From a phage, in assembly GCA_025832235.1 (NCBI GenBank), contig GCA_025832235.1_3649.1: DNA of 64,000 nt; one strand, written 5' to 3'. The notes beneath the pieces are model-generated. The model was not told the DNA's origin, searched no databases, and saw only the letters and a program-made list of their open reading frames with translations. Both the position numbers and the translations under genes were made by a program. Every line of letters starts with the position of its first letter. Position 1 is the first letter of the stretch. This document shows, one piece after another, positions 25,413 through 35,009 of this stretch.

Positions 25413-25829
25413 TCAACAGAAAACTTCAACAAATTCTTCCACAGTTTTAATGTCATGGGAAAAAGGTTTACGGCTATAACGGGCAATAGCACTATCAACC
25501 ACCGCCCGGTACTCCAAATCTTCAGAATATTTCATGAAGCATTGCAGCGTCTCTGGGCAGATAGCTAAATAGCTCCACCACCCCTCTTCAGATTGGTAGT
25601 CGAATCCCATACTCTCCAACCATGAAGCATACACACCTGCACCCTCAAGCCAGTGAGTATTTTCATCCAGAAACTTGTTAATAGACATGTGAGCTTCTAA
25701 GCATTTATCCAGCTCTTTTCCGTTAACCATCCACGCACTGACCGTGGCGCATCCAAGGTCTACAGATTGAGTTGACAGGTTGTATTGGTCATAGTTCTCA
25801 GGTTTAACAATGATATCTTCTAATGTCAT
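25413..25829 (-). CDS. hypothetical protein
   Basis: ORF track. Confidence 0.55.
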   Translation of the reverse strand: MTLEDIIVKPENYDQYNLSTQSVDLGCATVSAWMVNGKELDKCLEAHMSINKFLDENTHWLEGAGVYASWLESMGFDYQSEEGWWSYLAICPETLQCFMKYSEDLEYRAVVDSAIARYSRKPFSHDIKTVEEFVEVFC

Positions 25830-25891
25830 TTTTCAGATCTCCTTATACAAAAATGCCCCACCCTTTCGGGCAGGGCTATGTTAGTTATGTG

Positions 25892-26470
25892 TTAAAAGTA
25901 TTCGTATAAGTATCCATCTGGAGCTGGAATTTTTTCATGAATGTAGTAACCAATATATATTCCGGTTTCTCTGCTACAAGAGTTGTGAGATACCCATTCT
26001 TCAAGAACGTTACCATTCATGTCCAACCTCCTTACATTTTTGCACCGTCTACCGCTGGTGCTTCTATGTAACAGAATATCCTCTGTCTGCTTGTCTTTAT
26101 TTTCTCCCCAAGTCGTTAAACGGATATTATCAAAAGAGTACCCTTTGAAATCATCTATCCTGTCACAAGAAGGCTTTTTCCTTTTGTCGTATCCGCTGGC
26201 TACCCACTGATCATACAACTCTTTGTAACCGTTAAGGTATAGCCACTCCTTAAACTCTTTTTTGGTGTAAGTCGGAGGAGGGTGACCTCTTTGCTTGCTG
26301 TTGCACTTTTGAGCCTTGTACAACACACGTATTACACCTTTTTCTGAAGAGTCTTTAGCAAATTGGTCAGCCTCCCTGCTGGCCTTCTTGCAACACTCTT
26401 TGCACGTTGATTTGTTACTGGTGTAGAAGTCGGAGGCCTCCTTGTCCTCTCCACAACGTTTGCATTTCAT
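25892..26470 (-). CDS. putative HNH-family (homing) endonuclease with N-terminal zinc ribbon
   Basis: CKRCG...CKECC zinc ribbon; SCDRIDDFKGYSFDNIRLTTWGENKDK resembles HNH-type motif; same motif in 48815..49795. Confidence 0.45.
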   Translation of the reverse strand: MKCKRCGEDKEASDFYTSNKSTCKECCKKASREADQFAKDSSEKGVIRVLYKAQKCNSKQRGHPPPTYTKKEFKEWLYLNGYKELYDQWVASGYDKRKKPSCDRIDDFKGYSFDNIRLTTWGENKDKQTEDILLHRSTSGRRCKNVRRLDMNGNVLEEWVSHNSCSRETGIYIGYYIHEKIPAPDGYLYEYF

Positions 26471-26478
26471 AACTGACC

Positions 26479-27705
26479 TCAGAAAGGGATCGAGTCATCG
26501 AACTCATACTGCGCCGGATTCTGATCCATCGGGTCATCTTCCTCATCATTTACAGGAGGAGCGTCTACAGTGTTTTGCTGTAGAGCTGTTTCCTGTTTGG
26601 CAGCCTGAGGTTCTTGATGGTCAGTTGACCCAGCACCGTTCTTGATCCAATCGTACAACGGCTCAGCCAGATTAGTCAAGACATCTTTTGCTTCTGCAGT
26701 AATTGCCGCTGCAAAATCATCAACTTTAGTTTTCTTGTCAATACGGCGACAAGCGTTCAACACCGCATTACCGACACTGGCACCTACTTCATCTTCAGTT
26801 CGGTTGGTGGCTTGAGCATACTCTTTCTTAAGCTCAATAGTGACTACGTGCAGTGTTTTAGCCACGCCTAGTGGGTCGTCTACCTTAAACCCGCGATCCA
26901 GGATGATTTGCAACGCATTGATGCTATGTCCCGTCTCCACACCAATAGGGTCGTAAGAGGATTTACGCTTGCCACCAGAGCCTTGAGTGCCGTTCTCTGC
27001 CTTAGGTGGGTAGGCTTTGAAACCACTGATAATGTTTCCGGTGTCTTTGTCAACAATGGCTGCAACACGACCACCTACCACCAGGTCTTTAAGCTGCTCA
27101 TCAGTGACAACCATAGCACCTTCGCCAATCTTGTGGTCATTAACAGTAACCACGTTGCCAACAATCTGAGTCACATCACCATAGATGCGTAAAACGTCCT
27201 GATTGGCATTCTGCTGAGGTTTCTGCTTCTGGCCTTGTGATTGTGCACCTTGTTGCTGTTTTTGCTGCTGAGTCGCTGCTGGAGCCTCTCCTGCACCCAG
27301 CTTGACCATCTTAGCCAGTGAGCCTTTGTAATAGGTCTTACCGTTATGCTCGTTTGCCTTCAAAGGGATATTTACGATCCATCCCGGTGTTACGGTTTCC
27401 CACTTGTCATCAATTTTAACAGAGACAGAGTCTTGATGACCCGGTTTAAGCAGTTTATCACCCATACTGATCCAGACTTCTTCACCACCTTGAAGTAGGT
27501 TATCAGAGGAATCCAGTTCAGAAATCAGTAAAGAGATGGTGTGGCTGGATTCAATTTTCTTACCTTGCCACACAGTGGTTTTAATACCTGTTGTAGGATC
27601 AGCACCTTTGATAGGCTTGATGCTGACACGTTTAATCATGCCGTGAGCCAGTAAAACAGTTTCACGCGGATTCATCGGGTTAGCGAATTGTTGAATAACG
27701 CTCAT
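26479..27705 (-). CDS. putative single-stranded DNA-binding protein
   Basis: Gln/Gly-rich linker and acidic C-terminal tail ...EFDDSIPF like bacterial SSB ...DDDIPF; sits beside the replication module; OB fold not verified. Confidence 0.4.
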   Translation of the reverse strand: MSVIQQFANPMNPRETVLLAHGMIKRVSIKPIKGADPTTGIKTTVWQGKKIESSHTISLLISELDSSDNLLQGGEEVWISMGDKLLKPGHQDSVSVKIDDKWETVTPGWIVNIPLKANEHNGKTYYKGSLAKMVKLGAGEAPAATQQQKQQQGAQSQGQKQKPQQNANQDVLRIYGDVTQIVGNVVTVNDHKIGEGAMVVTDEQLKDLVVGGRVAAIVDKDTGNIISGFKAYPPKAENGTQGSGGKRKSSYDPIGVETGHSINALQIILDRGFKVDDPLGVAKTLHVVTIELKKEYAQATNRTEDEVGASVGNAVLNACRRIDKKTKVDDFAAAITAEAKDVLTNLAEPLYDWIKNGAGSTDHQEPQAAKQETALQQNTVDAPPVNDEEDDPMDQNPAQYEFDDSIPF

Positions 27706-28070
27706 TATTTGTCTCCTTGTTCTTCGTTAGTGTTTGCCGTGTGTGCAAACCCTGCTTGAATTAATTTGTCCTGAACTTGAGCCAGCAGGCCCATTGCAAA
27801 ACTTGTGGTCCCAGAGAGGGCCATCAGCATATCTCGTTGTTGAGCTACCCAACCTAAGGCATAGTCCAAACGACGATATTTTTCTTCTTCACGCAAAGCT
27901 TGGAATAATTGTTCAGCCTCTGGCTGTTGTGTGAGCTCCTGAAGTCTTCCCATGAAAGAAGAAAGCACTAGCAGAAGAGACACTTGATCTTTACTTAACC
28001 CTAAGAAAAATTCTTGAGGTTGTTCTTGCTCGTTCATCGCAACCGACGCTTGATCGTTCATTTGTTCCAT
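27705..28070 (-). CDS. hypothetical protein
   Basis: ORF track; coupled to SSB-like gene. Confidence 0.5.
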   Translation of the reverse strand: MEQMNDQASVAMNEQEQPQEFFLGLSKDQVSLLLVLSSFMGRLQELTQQPEAEQLFQALREEEKYRRLDYALGWVAQQRDMLMALSGTTSFAMGLLAQVQDKLIQAGFAHTANTNEEQGDK

Positions 28071-28153
28071 TATGGAATCTCCGATTTTATTTGAACAACA
28101 TAGAAGGAGACACTATTTTAGCATCCCCTTCTGTAAATTACAATAGGTATTTG

Positions 28154-28399
28154 TTAGCCAATCACTTCGAAAGTTCCCCAATTCCCGTCCAGCAGGCAGG
28201 TGATCGGATCTCCATCGTCGTCAAAGATTTCAAAGTTTTCAGCATCCAGGATGTGGCCCTCGAACACAATACTCTCGTCGCCACCACCAGAAATAACAGC
28301 GTATTCCTTACCTTGAGTCAAGTTTTGACACCCTTTGCCACCAAAACCTACTTCCACACAACGTACTTTCTGTCCTGCGCGAGCAACTACTTCAGCCAT
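28154..28399 (-). CDS. hypothetical protein
   Basis: ORF track. Confidence 0.5.
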   Translation of the reverse strand: MAEVVARAGQKVRCVEVGFGGKGCQNLTQGKEYAVISGGGDESIVFEGHILDAENFEIFDDDGDPITCLLDGNWGTFEVIG

Positions 28400-28416
28400 C
28401 TTAAGGTCTCCTGATA

Positions 28417-28737
28417 TTAATCGTCAAGTTCAAAATAGATTTTAACAGCTTCATCAAAGATTGGAATCCCGATGTTGTTGATAAGCTGCCAAACTACCAT
28501 ATCTTTACCTGGATCTGGGAGAATGTCAACCTTTCTCCATGCGCTGTATATCCAGTTCGGACCACCTTCTGCACTAACTGGCAGATTTTCACCAGCTTCC
28601 TGTAGATACTTATACAGCAAAAGATATTCTGGATACTCTAGAACACTGTCCTCTGTAGTATATAGCAGTTCACGGTATACTTTTAAAAACCCTGCGGGGG
28701 TGATGTTTTCAGTCTTCATTTGCTGCTTCTCCTGCAT
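28417..28737 (-). CDS. hypothetical protein
   Basis: ORF track. Confidence 0.5.
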   Translation of the reverse strand: MQEKQQMKTENITPAGFLKVYRELLYTTEDSVLEYPEYLLLYKYLQEAGENLPVSAEGGPNWIYSAWRKVDILPDPGKDMVVWQLINNIGIPIFDEAVKIYFELDD

Positions 28738-29101
28738 TCATCAGATCTGCCATAGCGTCACCAACGAAGAGGACAACCACATCGTTGACAGCGTCAGCAT
28801 CATCTTTGTTGACGTTGCTGAATTTAGGACACACAGCAATGATCATATAGACACCGTTGCCCACCTGAACTGTCCGTGTGGTGCACATCATGGCGGTATT
28901 TGTGCCTTCTTTGAAGGCGAAGCCTTGAAGACGCTCCTCTAGAGTGTTACCGGTAGATTTCAGAAGCGCCAGCTCGTCCAAGGCATATATGATATCTCCG
29001 GAAGTTAGTGTTGCCTTTCCATCAGACACCATAATCACTCCATCAGCACCGTCAAGCTTAGAGGCTTCAAAGATATCAATATCCCAAATATTTTTCATCA
29101 C
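28709..29101 (-). CDS. hypothetical protein
   Basis: ORF track. Confidence 0.5.
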   Translation of the reverse strand: MMKNIWDIDIFEASKLDGADGVIMVSDGKATLTSGDIIYALDELALLKSTGNTLEERLQGFAFKEGTNTAMMCTTRTVQVGNGVYMIIAVCPKFSNVNKDDADAVNDVVVLFVGDAMADLMNAGEAANED

Positions 29102-29430
29102 GCTTCCTCGTCGTCTAAGTAATCATCAAGAGAGGTGAAGATTTCACCGAAGTATTCTAAGATTTCTAGCTCACGTGTGGTGCAGCAAACATAATCTCCT
29201 TGGTCGTCCTTAATAGTGGCCTCTTTACCCAGAATATCTACTTCAAGTTCATCGTTCAACAGGACGGCCCCTGTGTAAACTTTGTCAGCTGTGCAGTCCC
29301 GAAAAGCAGAGTCCTTCTCCAGATAGTCTGGCTTAACCTTGGCTTTAATTCGTTGATATTGTTTGGTCATTGCTGTGGTCCCCTTTCGTTTTGATAGGGC
29401 CATTATAGTAGGCCCTATCACTGTTGTCAA
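29098..29430 (-). CDS. hypothetical protein, Cys-motif family (D-AF-DCT ... DDQGD-V-CT)
   Basis: ORF track; paralog of 29434..29688. Confidence 0.55.
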   Translation of the reverse strand: MTTVIGPTIMALSKRKGTTAMTKQYQRIKAKVKPDYLEKDSAFRDCTADKVYTGAVLLNDELEVDILGKEATIKDDQGDYVCCTTRELEILEYFGEIFTSLDDYLDDEEA

Positions 29431-29433
29431 GTA

Positions 29434-29688
29434 TTAATGTTCAGGTTTTACAAAAACTACTTCATTAACAGTGCACCAGACAGAGTCTCCTTCATCATCT
29501 TTAAAGGTAAGGCACTGTGCTGAGTTTTCCAGCTCATCGATCTCTTCTTGTGATAAAGGGGCCCCTTCTTCCAGGAGGGCTTTTACCAGAGGGTTCTCAC
29601 AAAACTCTGCTTCATAAATTGCACCGACTGTGCAATCTTTAAAAGCTCGGTCATTTGCAACGCATTCTGACTTCAAAGTAATTTTCAT
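29434..29688 (-). CDS. hypothetical protein, Cys-motif family paralog
   Basis: ORF track; DRAFKDCT ... DDEGDSVWCT. Confidence 0.55.
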   Translation of the reverse strand: MKITLKSECVANDRAFKDCTVGAIYEAEFCENPLVKALLEEGAPLSQEEIDELENSAQCLTFKDDEGDSVWCTVNEVVFVKPEH

Positions 29689-29764
29689 CTTAGCAGTCTC
29701 CTTAGTTATTTAAAAATCAACGCTCTGTTTGTGTAAAGCATCTTATATCTAATCTTACTTCTTG

Positions 29765-30136
29765 TCAATGACTATTTTCAATCAGCCACACAGGGTCGAG
29801 GTAAATTTGTTGGCGTGTTGCCCAATGACAAACTTCATTGTACATCTGAACCTCTTTGTCCGTCAGTTCACGAATAGGCTCATCTATACCCTCATTTTTG
29901 TGGTAATCCCAGTCGGCATCGATTTCCCACAGCCATGACTTGTTGTCACCACGCTTACGCACACAGAAGTCACCAGGACGGCCTGCCAGTGCATTTAAGA
30001 ACTCGTTCTCCGCTCGCTCCTGAAGAATACTAAGGAGCAAAACGTTGGAGCATGACCGTAAAATATGCTTCAGCTCACAATCATCAATCTCAACTTCAAT
30101 ACGTTGTTTGACTGTGTGGGTACCTTTTACTAACAT
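29765..30136 (-). CDS. hypothetical protein
   Basis: ORF track 29765..30163; ATG 30136 follows GAGGAGG. Confidence 0.55.
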   Translation of the reverse strand: MLVKGTHTVKQRIEVEIDDCELKHILRSCSNVLLLSILQERAENEFLNALAGRPGDFCVRKRGDNKSWLWEIDADWDYHKNEGIDEPIRELTDKEVQMYNEVCHWATRQQIYLDPVWLIENSH

Positions 30137-30146
30137 ACTACCTCCT

Positions 30147-30341
30147 CTAAACGAACTCTGCAAGAGTTGTGTTGTTCACTGCACCGCAGTAAATGGAGTA
30201 TCCCAGCCCATTAGAGTGCAGAAACCACGGCGTGCCGAAATTATCTTTCACGTAGACATCACCGTTGTTTGTAAAGGGCCAATATTCTTCCCCAAGGGTA
30301 AAATACCTATTCATACCTTCAGCAAGATACTTTACTTTCAT
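30147..30341 (-). CDS. hypothetical protein
   Basis: ORF track. Confidence 0.45.
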   Translation of the reverse strand: MKVKYLAEGMNRYFTLGEEYWPFTNNGDVYVKDNFGTPWFLHSNGLGYSIYCGAVNNTTLAEFV

Positions 30342-30565
30342 AGGTCCTCTTCAACAACTACAAACTTGGCAAGCAAAGTGGTTCCGTAGATATGATACTC
30401 ACCGTTTGCCAGGTGAGAGATATACCAGGCAACCCCTTCCTCGTCTTTAATCATTTTGTTTGCACGAGCTTTATCGTAATAAACCTCGTAGGTCTTTCCT
30501 TCTTTAAAGAATGACAGGTCTGTCATCTTTTCTTCTACAAAGGTAGCTTTAACCAAAGTCGTCAT
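30338..30565 (-). CDS. hypothetical protein
   Basis: ORF track. Confidence 0.5.
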   Translation of the reverse strand: MTTLVKATFVEEKMTDLSFFKEGKTYEVYYDKARANKMIKDEEGVAWYISHLANGEYHIYGTTLLAKFVVVEEDL

Positions 30566-30969
30566 TGATCAGTCTCCTTCTTGTTAAGTCTGAATACTGC
30601 AATAATAGCATTCCCAAGGTGCAGTGTCAAGTCATTTCCAAGATACCACAGCATTCCACGGTCATCTTTGATGAAAGGGTAGCAATTTGGTGCCTTCTCT
30701 TTAATGAAAGGGTGACAATCTGGTGCTTTCCAGACATTGTACACTTTCCCAACCTGAAAGAAATCAGGCCCTGTTGGGATTTTAGTGCCTGGCCACACTT
30801 GAGATACCTGAACACACTCCACCTGCATAATAACAGGGATAGTCATGGATGTAAATGTTTTTGTTGGTTCTACTACCATAAAAGTCTCCTCTTTGCTCAA
30901 CAACACTTCCATGTGTTGATAGTTTACATTAGTGACAATCACCCCAGTTACGACCACACAAGTATTCAC
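30562..30969 (-). CDS. hypothetical protein
   Basis: ORF track (GTG start overlapping end of polymerase exon 2); true start uncertain. Confidence 0.45.
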   Translation of the reverse strand: MNTCVVVTGVIVTNVNYQHMEVLLSKEETFMVVEPTKTFTSMTIPVIMQVECVQVSQVWPGTKIPTGPDFFQVGKVYNVWKAPDCHPFIKEKAPNCYPFIKDDRGMLWYLGNDLTLHLGNAIIAVFRLNKKETDQ

Positions 30970-31282
30970 CTGTGATCTGGAACGGGACTCCCATCATTTT
31001 AGAAGCTTGCCAGAAGCAATGCACCACCATTTCACCCACAGGGCTCCAGATAAGTTCAAGCTTTCCGTCATCGTTCAGGATAGGATCGTACACCGTGTTT
31101 CCGTCTCTGTCAACCACTTCGTTTCCGTTTTCATCCTTGCGTGCCTTTTTGTACTTATGACCGTCGAACACATGAAGTTTGGCTTCCTGCTCTGCCTTAA
31201 ATGCTTCCAGTTCTTCAATTGTGTCGAAGGTGTACACAGTCTTATACTTCGGTGTGTCAGGCACTTGAAGTTGGTACTCATC
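30929..31282 (-). CDS. DNA polymerase (family A, T7 gene 5-like), exon 2 (C-terminal, begins with the DE of motif C)
   Basis: Translation DEYQLQV...GEYLCGRNWGDCH; C-terminus parallels T7 DNA polymerase ...TEGKMGPNWAICH; no SD or start codon of its own. Confidence 0.7.
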   Translation of the reverse strand, partial: DEYQLQVPDTPKYKTVYTFDTIEELEAFKAEQEAKLHVFDGHKYKKARKDENGNEVVDRDGNTVYDPILNDDGKLELIWSPVGEMVVHCFWQASKMMGVPFQITGEYLCGRNWGDCH

Positions 31283-31558
31283 CAATAGTTCAGGTAGGTC
31301 GTTAAGCTACCCCGCACCATTACGTGCATAGCCATACGTTTTCACGTAGGATCGGACCATCTCATATTCCTATGATAAGCAACCACAGGAATCCTCCCAT
31401 TTCGACCGCACTTGCTGGTCTACTTCCTTTCGGAATGGCCTCTGAGCGTTCGCTCTTTTGAGCGCTTCGTTGCGGATTACCTTGCCATAAGGTTTAGGCT
31501 TCCCGCAGTTAAAGAGGTTATTCGACATAGATTACTCTATGAAGCCACAATGTTATTT
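31283..31558 (-). mobile_element. group I intron (276 nt, ORF-less) in the DNA polymerase gene
   Basis: Splits H|DE of motif C; 5' exon ends in U, intron ends in G; IGS GUGG pairs with exon CCAU; P-like AACUGCGGGAAG (31499-31510), Q-like AAUCCGCA (31471-31478), R-like GCUCAGAGGCCA (31436-31447), S-like GAGAUGGUCC in canonical order; stops in all frames. Confidence 0.7.
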
Positions 31559-34500
31559 ATGGTAATAAATAATACGACGAACACCTTCATCGTACCACCC
31601 ACGCTTCACCATCTGGCGGTGCATGAGTATTCCAACTAAGTCACACAGCGATGCACCACCATTTTGTTGGTATGCATTAAGTAAAGAGTGTTTAGATCTG
31701 GTCCAGATAGCATGACCATCAAAAGAGTAGATAAACTTCTTACCCGTTGCTTCCCAGAATTTCTCCAGATCTTCTTTACGCCCCTTAAGACCAGGGTTGG
31801 CATCCCAGAGTGCATCGATTACCCTTTGTCCCAACTCTGGAGAGATGTCCAGCATATCTGCAACTTTATCTTTTTGTGCCCCATACATAACCCCATACGT
31901 GATAGGTTTACCGTCGTTACGGGAAATCTCCTTGCCTGCTACAGAAGAGTAAGCTTTGGCGTTATTACAGTTACCGCACACTGCCACTTTACCATTCCTT
32001 CTCACAATGATTGCTCCAGAAGGGACGGTAACGCAATAAACCAAAGAACCGCTCACCTCGACAGACTCTTTAGATAGTGTCAGCAACCCTGCTCTCTGTT
32101 TGCTACCAATTGTGATTCTGTGCTGCACGGCACGACCTTTTTTGTGAATCGCCACCGTATTATTCCGTAAACCACACTGAGTAGCCAGCGCAGACACCAC
32201 CTCTACAGATTTCTTCCTGCACTCGGCCTGGGAGTAGTAAGCAACCTTTCCACCTTCGGAAGATACCCACCCGTCCCAGTTAGATAAAGAAGCTATAAAC
32301 AGGTTTTTAGATTCTTTATCAAGGTTCATCAGGTTATAGGTGAAATCCTTATTGTTGTCCAAAAACTCAAATACCCAGGACGGAACGTGGAATTGGAACC
32401 TTCTCGCCAGTAAGCCTCCTTTTGTGGTTTTCCCGCTCTGCTCTACATAACTAAGGCTTAGAGCAGAAAAAGTATCTAAAAGCGTTGCAACTTTTCTTCC
32501 CTTTCCGACCTGAATCCTGCACACGATGCTGCCGTCCTTATTTGTATGCAAGTGCCCATCATCGTGAATAGCAATAAGCAAATTAACCTGGGCAGGAGAT
32601 AAGGTTGTATTCCCATAAAACTCTGCCGCATGGATAAACCTTCTTCCTGAATTAGACCCTTTACCTGCTTTCAGGTCTTTTGCCAAATCTTCAAACAATT
32701 TATTGCTTCTGTGATCCACAGTCAGCATCCTGTGTTGATCTGTAACCATAAAATCCACACTACTGTTGTGGAAATGATACATATCCCCACAATAACTACG
32801 CTTAACGTAATTTAATGGAGTAACAAGGTTCATTGACGAGGTGTTGTGATCGTACTGGAACACTTGTGTTCCCGGATCAAGATCTTCAAACCTCACCCAC
32901 CCTTTCTCCGTGAGAATTTGTGTATCTCCTGAATAACAGTGTGCATCGCCGTTACTTACAACATCGTAATACAGGCCGTTGTCGAACTCAAAGGCACCCC
33001 AAGCCCCGATAAGCTGCTCTAAGTTGGACCCGTCAATACCGATCTCAAAGTATCCTGGAGGAACACCCCACAGACTACGCATCTCTTTACCCATAACCAC
33101 TTTAGGAGATGGTTTAGGCATGTTTGCACAAATACTGTGTTTCTGTCGGGAAGTGTTTGTTAATCCAGAACTTTTAGCAGGAAGCTTATGGTCAATCTTC
33201 AAACGTGGGTGATTAAGAAGACCAGTATCAACCTTATCCTCCTTGATTGGATCAAGGACCGATCTGCGGTTTCGCAATGATAACCACAAGACGATATCTT
33301 TAGCCATCTCTCCGTTCAATTTTTCAAGATTCGGGCATAGGTGTCCAAACGTATCTTTCAGTTGCGGAGAAGTAATAAGTGCCCTAGCTTTTCTACGTAT
33401 TTTCCCGAATACTTCCTTTTTAATCCTTTCGGAGTTAGGAAAGCTTCTGAACTTGTGCACGGTTGTCTGGAACTTAGCATCAGTTTTGTTCCAGAAGTTG
33501 ATAATTAGGTCACAATACTCTGACTCTAAAAGCTCGTCCATATATGCATACACTCGTGCATCAACATCTGCATCAGGTAGAGCTTTCTTCTTGCTGTCTT
33601 TAGTTACATCCTTAGTTCTCCACATTGTCGGAAGCCAACCAGCACTGATCAGGTATCGCTTAATATCGTCCTGATTGCTGATTTTCATAGGTATCTTGCA
33701 GTCAGGCATTCGCTTCTGCTGTAGATCACTTATTGCCTGATCCATTAGCTCTTTAGGTAAAGGTTGTGGTGTGGAGGTGCCCTTGATATAGCCCCTCAAG
33801 AAATCCGCCATCTTATCAGGGTCTTTACAGCCCATCTCTTCACACCATTTTATCCCCATCTTACTGACATCTCCTGTGGAGGTAAATGCTCGCTTAGGAG
33901 GAGCTTTGAATTCTAAAGCACTCATGTCCACAGGGTAGCCAAGCTTGTCTTTTAACCATTTCCAACCATTATTGGAGATTGTCCCATCCTGGTTAAACGG
34001 CTTTTCAGGGAACTTAGGCCGCTGAGACATTGATAACTCTTTTAAAGGAAGTTGTGGTTCAACACGATCAGCGATCTCTTTCATCCACGCATCGCAGCGG
34101 TCACGTAAAGCAATAGCCCCATCTATGTCGAAATACACACCCTGTCGAGCCTGCAGCTCCATCAGGAAATGTTGCAGCATGCCTCGGCGTAATGCATTCT
34201 TCCAGGTAATCTTCTTGAATCCTTTAGGCTTCTCTTTGGCAGGGTCATACATAAAGTTCTGCATGTCAGATTTGCCGTAGAATACACCTTTTGATTCCGC
34301 TACCAACTCTTTCCAGAGCAACTCCTGGATGATAACGTCCTCGAACACACGATCCACATATTTCCACAGCGGAAGATCGCGCCAGTCATCAATTTGAACT
34401 TTCTGGTTACCAAGGGCGTAGCCCCATGCCATAAGGCCGTGAGGACCAACAGGTTGCATTTTCTTAGTAACCGGGTTGAATACAGCGTCCGGACAACCTT

Positions 34501-34951
34501 TTGGTAAAGGGCGATCAGGCCACAAGATTCGGCTCATAGCCAACGTATCAAACAGGTTAACCTGGTGGTCGTTGATAGTCCCCATGCATTTAGGATCACG
34601 GAACATATCAAAATGAATACCGGATAATCTTTCCATTAGCATAAAGTCATAACTGTAGCAGTTATGGCAGTTCAAAGCTGTTGGTGACCAGTCAGAATTG
34701 CCTGTAAGCCAACCTTCCAACTCCGAAAAATCTGCTATGCGAACTTCAAAATCTTTATAAAGAGTTTTCTTTGCCAGAATGAAGTTCTTAGCCTTTTCTA
34801 TATCCTCCTCGGAGTAGTGTGTGCGGTCATTTAGAGGAAGGAACAGCATAAAACGGTTCTTATTCAGCTCTTTAAACAGACCGCAGTGATAATAAAGATC
34901 TGGGTCTTCCAGCAAACCGGATGACTCAAAATCGAAAGACCACATACTCAT
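31559..34951 (-). CDS. DNA polymerase (family A, T7 gene 5-like), exon 1, containing an in-frame intein
   Basis: N-terminal 3'-5' exonuclease motifs (FDFESSG, CHNCYSYD, GPHGLMAWGYALG); motif A IDGSNLEQL; motif B KPITYGVMYGAQK; ends ...RRIIYYH where HDE is expected. Confidence 0.85.
31970..32938 (-). mobile_element. intein (323 aa) with LAGLIDADG-type homing endonuclease domain
   Basis: Block A CYSGDTQILTEKGW, block B LTVDHR, LAGLIDADG-like LLIAIHDDGH and FIASLSNWDGW, C-terminal VYCVTV...VAVCGN followed by +1 Cys; flanking exteins NGDAH|CNNAKAY restore a T7-like NGDIHTKNQIA segment. Confidence 0.75.
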
Positions 34952-35009
34952 ATACAGTTCTCCTTAAAGGGGAGGCGGTTGTACTACCCCTCCCACTCTT
35001 TGTTAAACA

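Noticed and set aside
31370-31528. 52-aa ORF inside the putative group I intron
   Set aside because: Too short for a homing endonuclease; no recognisable motif; the intron is treated as ORF-less.
31283-31558. Polymerase discontinuity as a frameshift, sequencing error or pseudogene
   Set aside because: The break falls between H and DE of motif C, the gap carries group I P1 and P/Q/R/S-like elements with U and G splice-site nucleotides, and stops occur in all frames over 276 nt. The error/pseudogene explanation is kept only as a refutation scenario.
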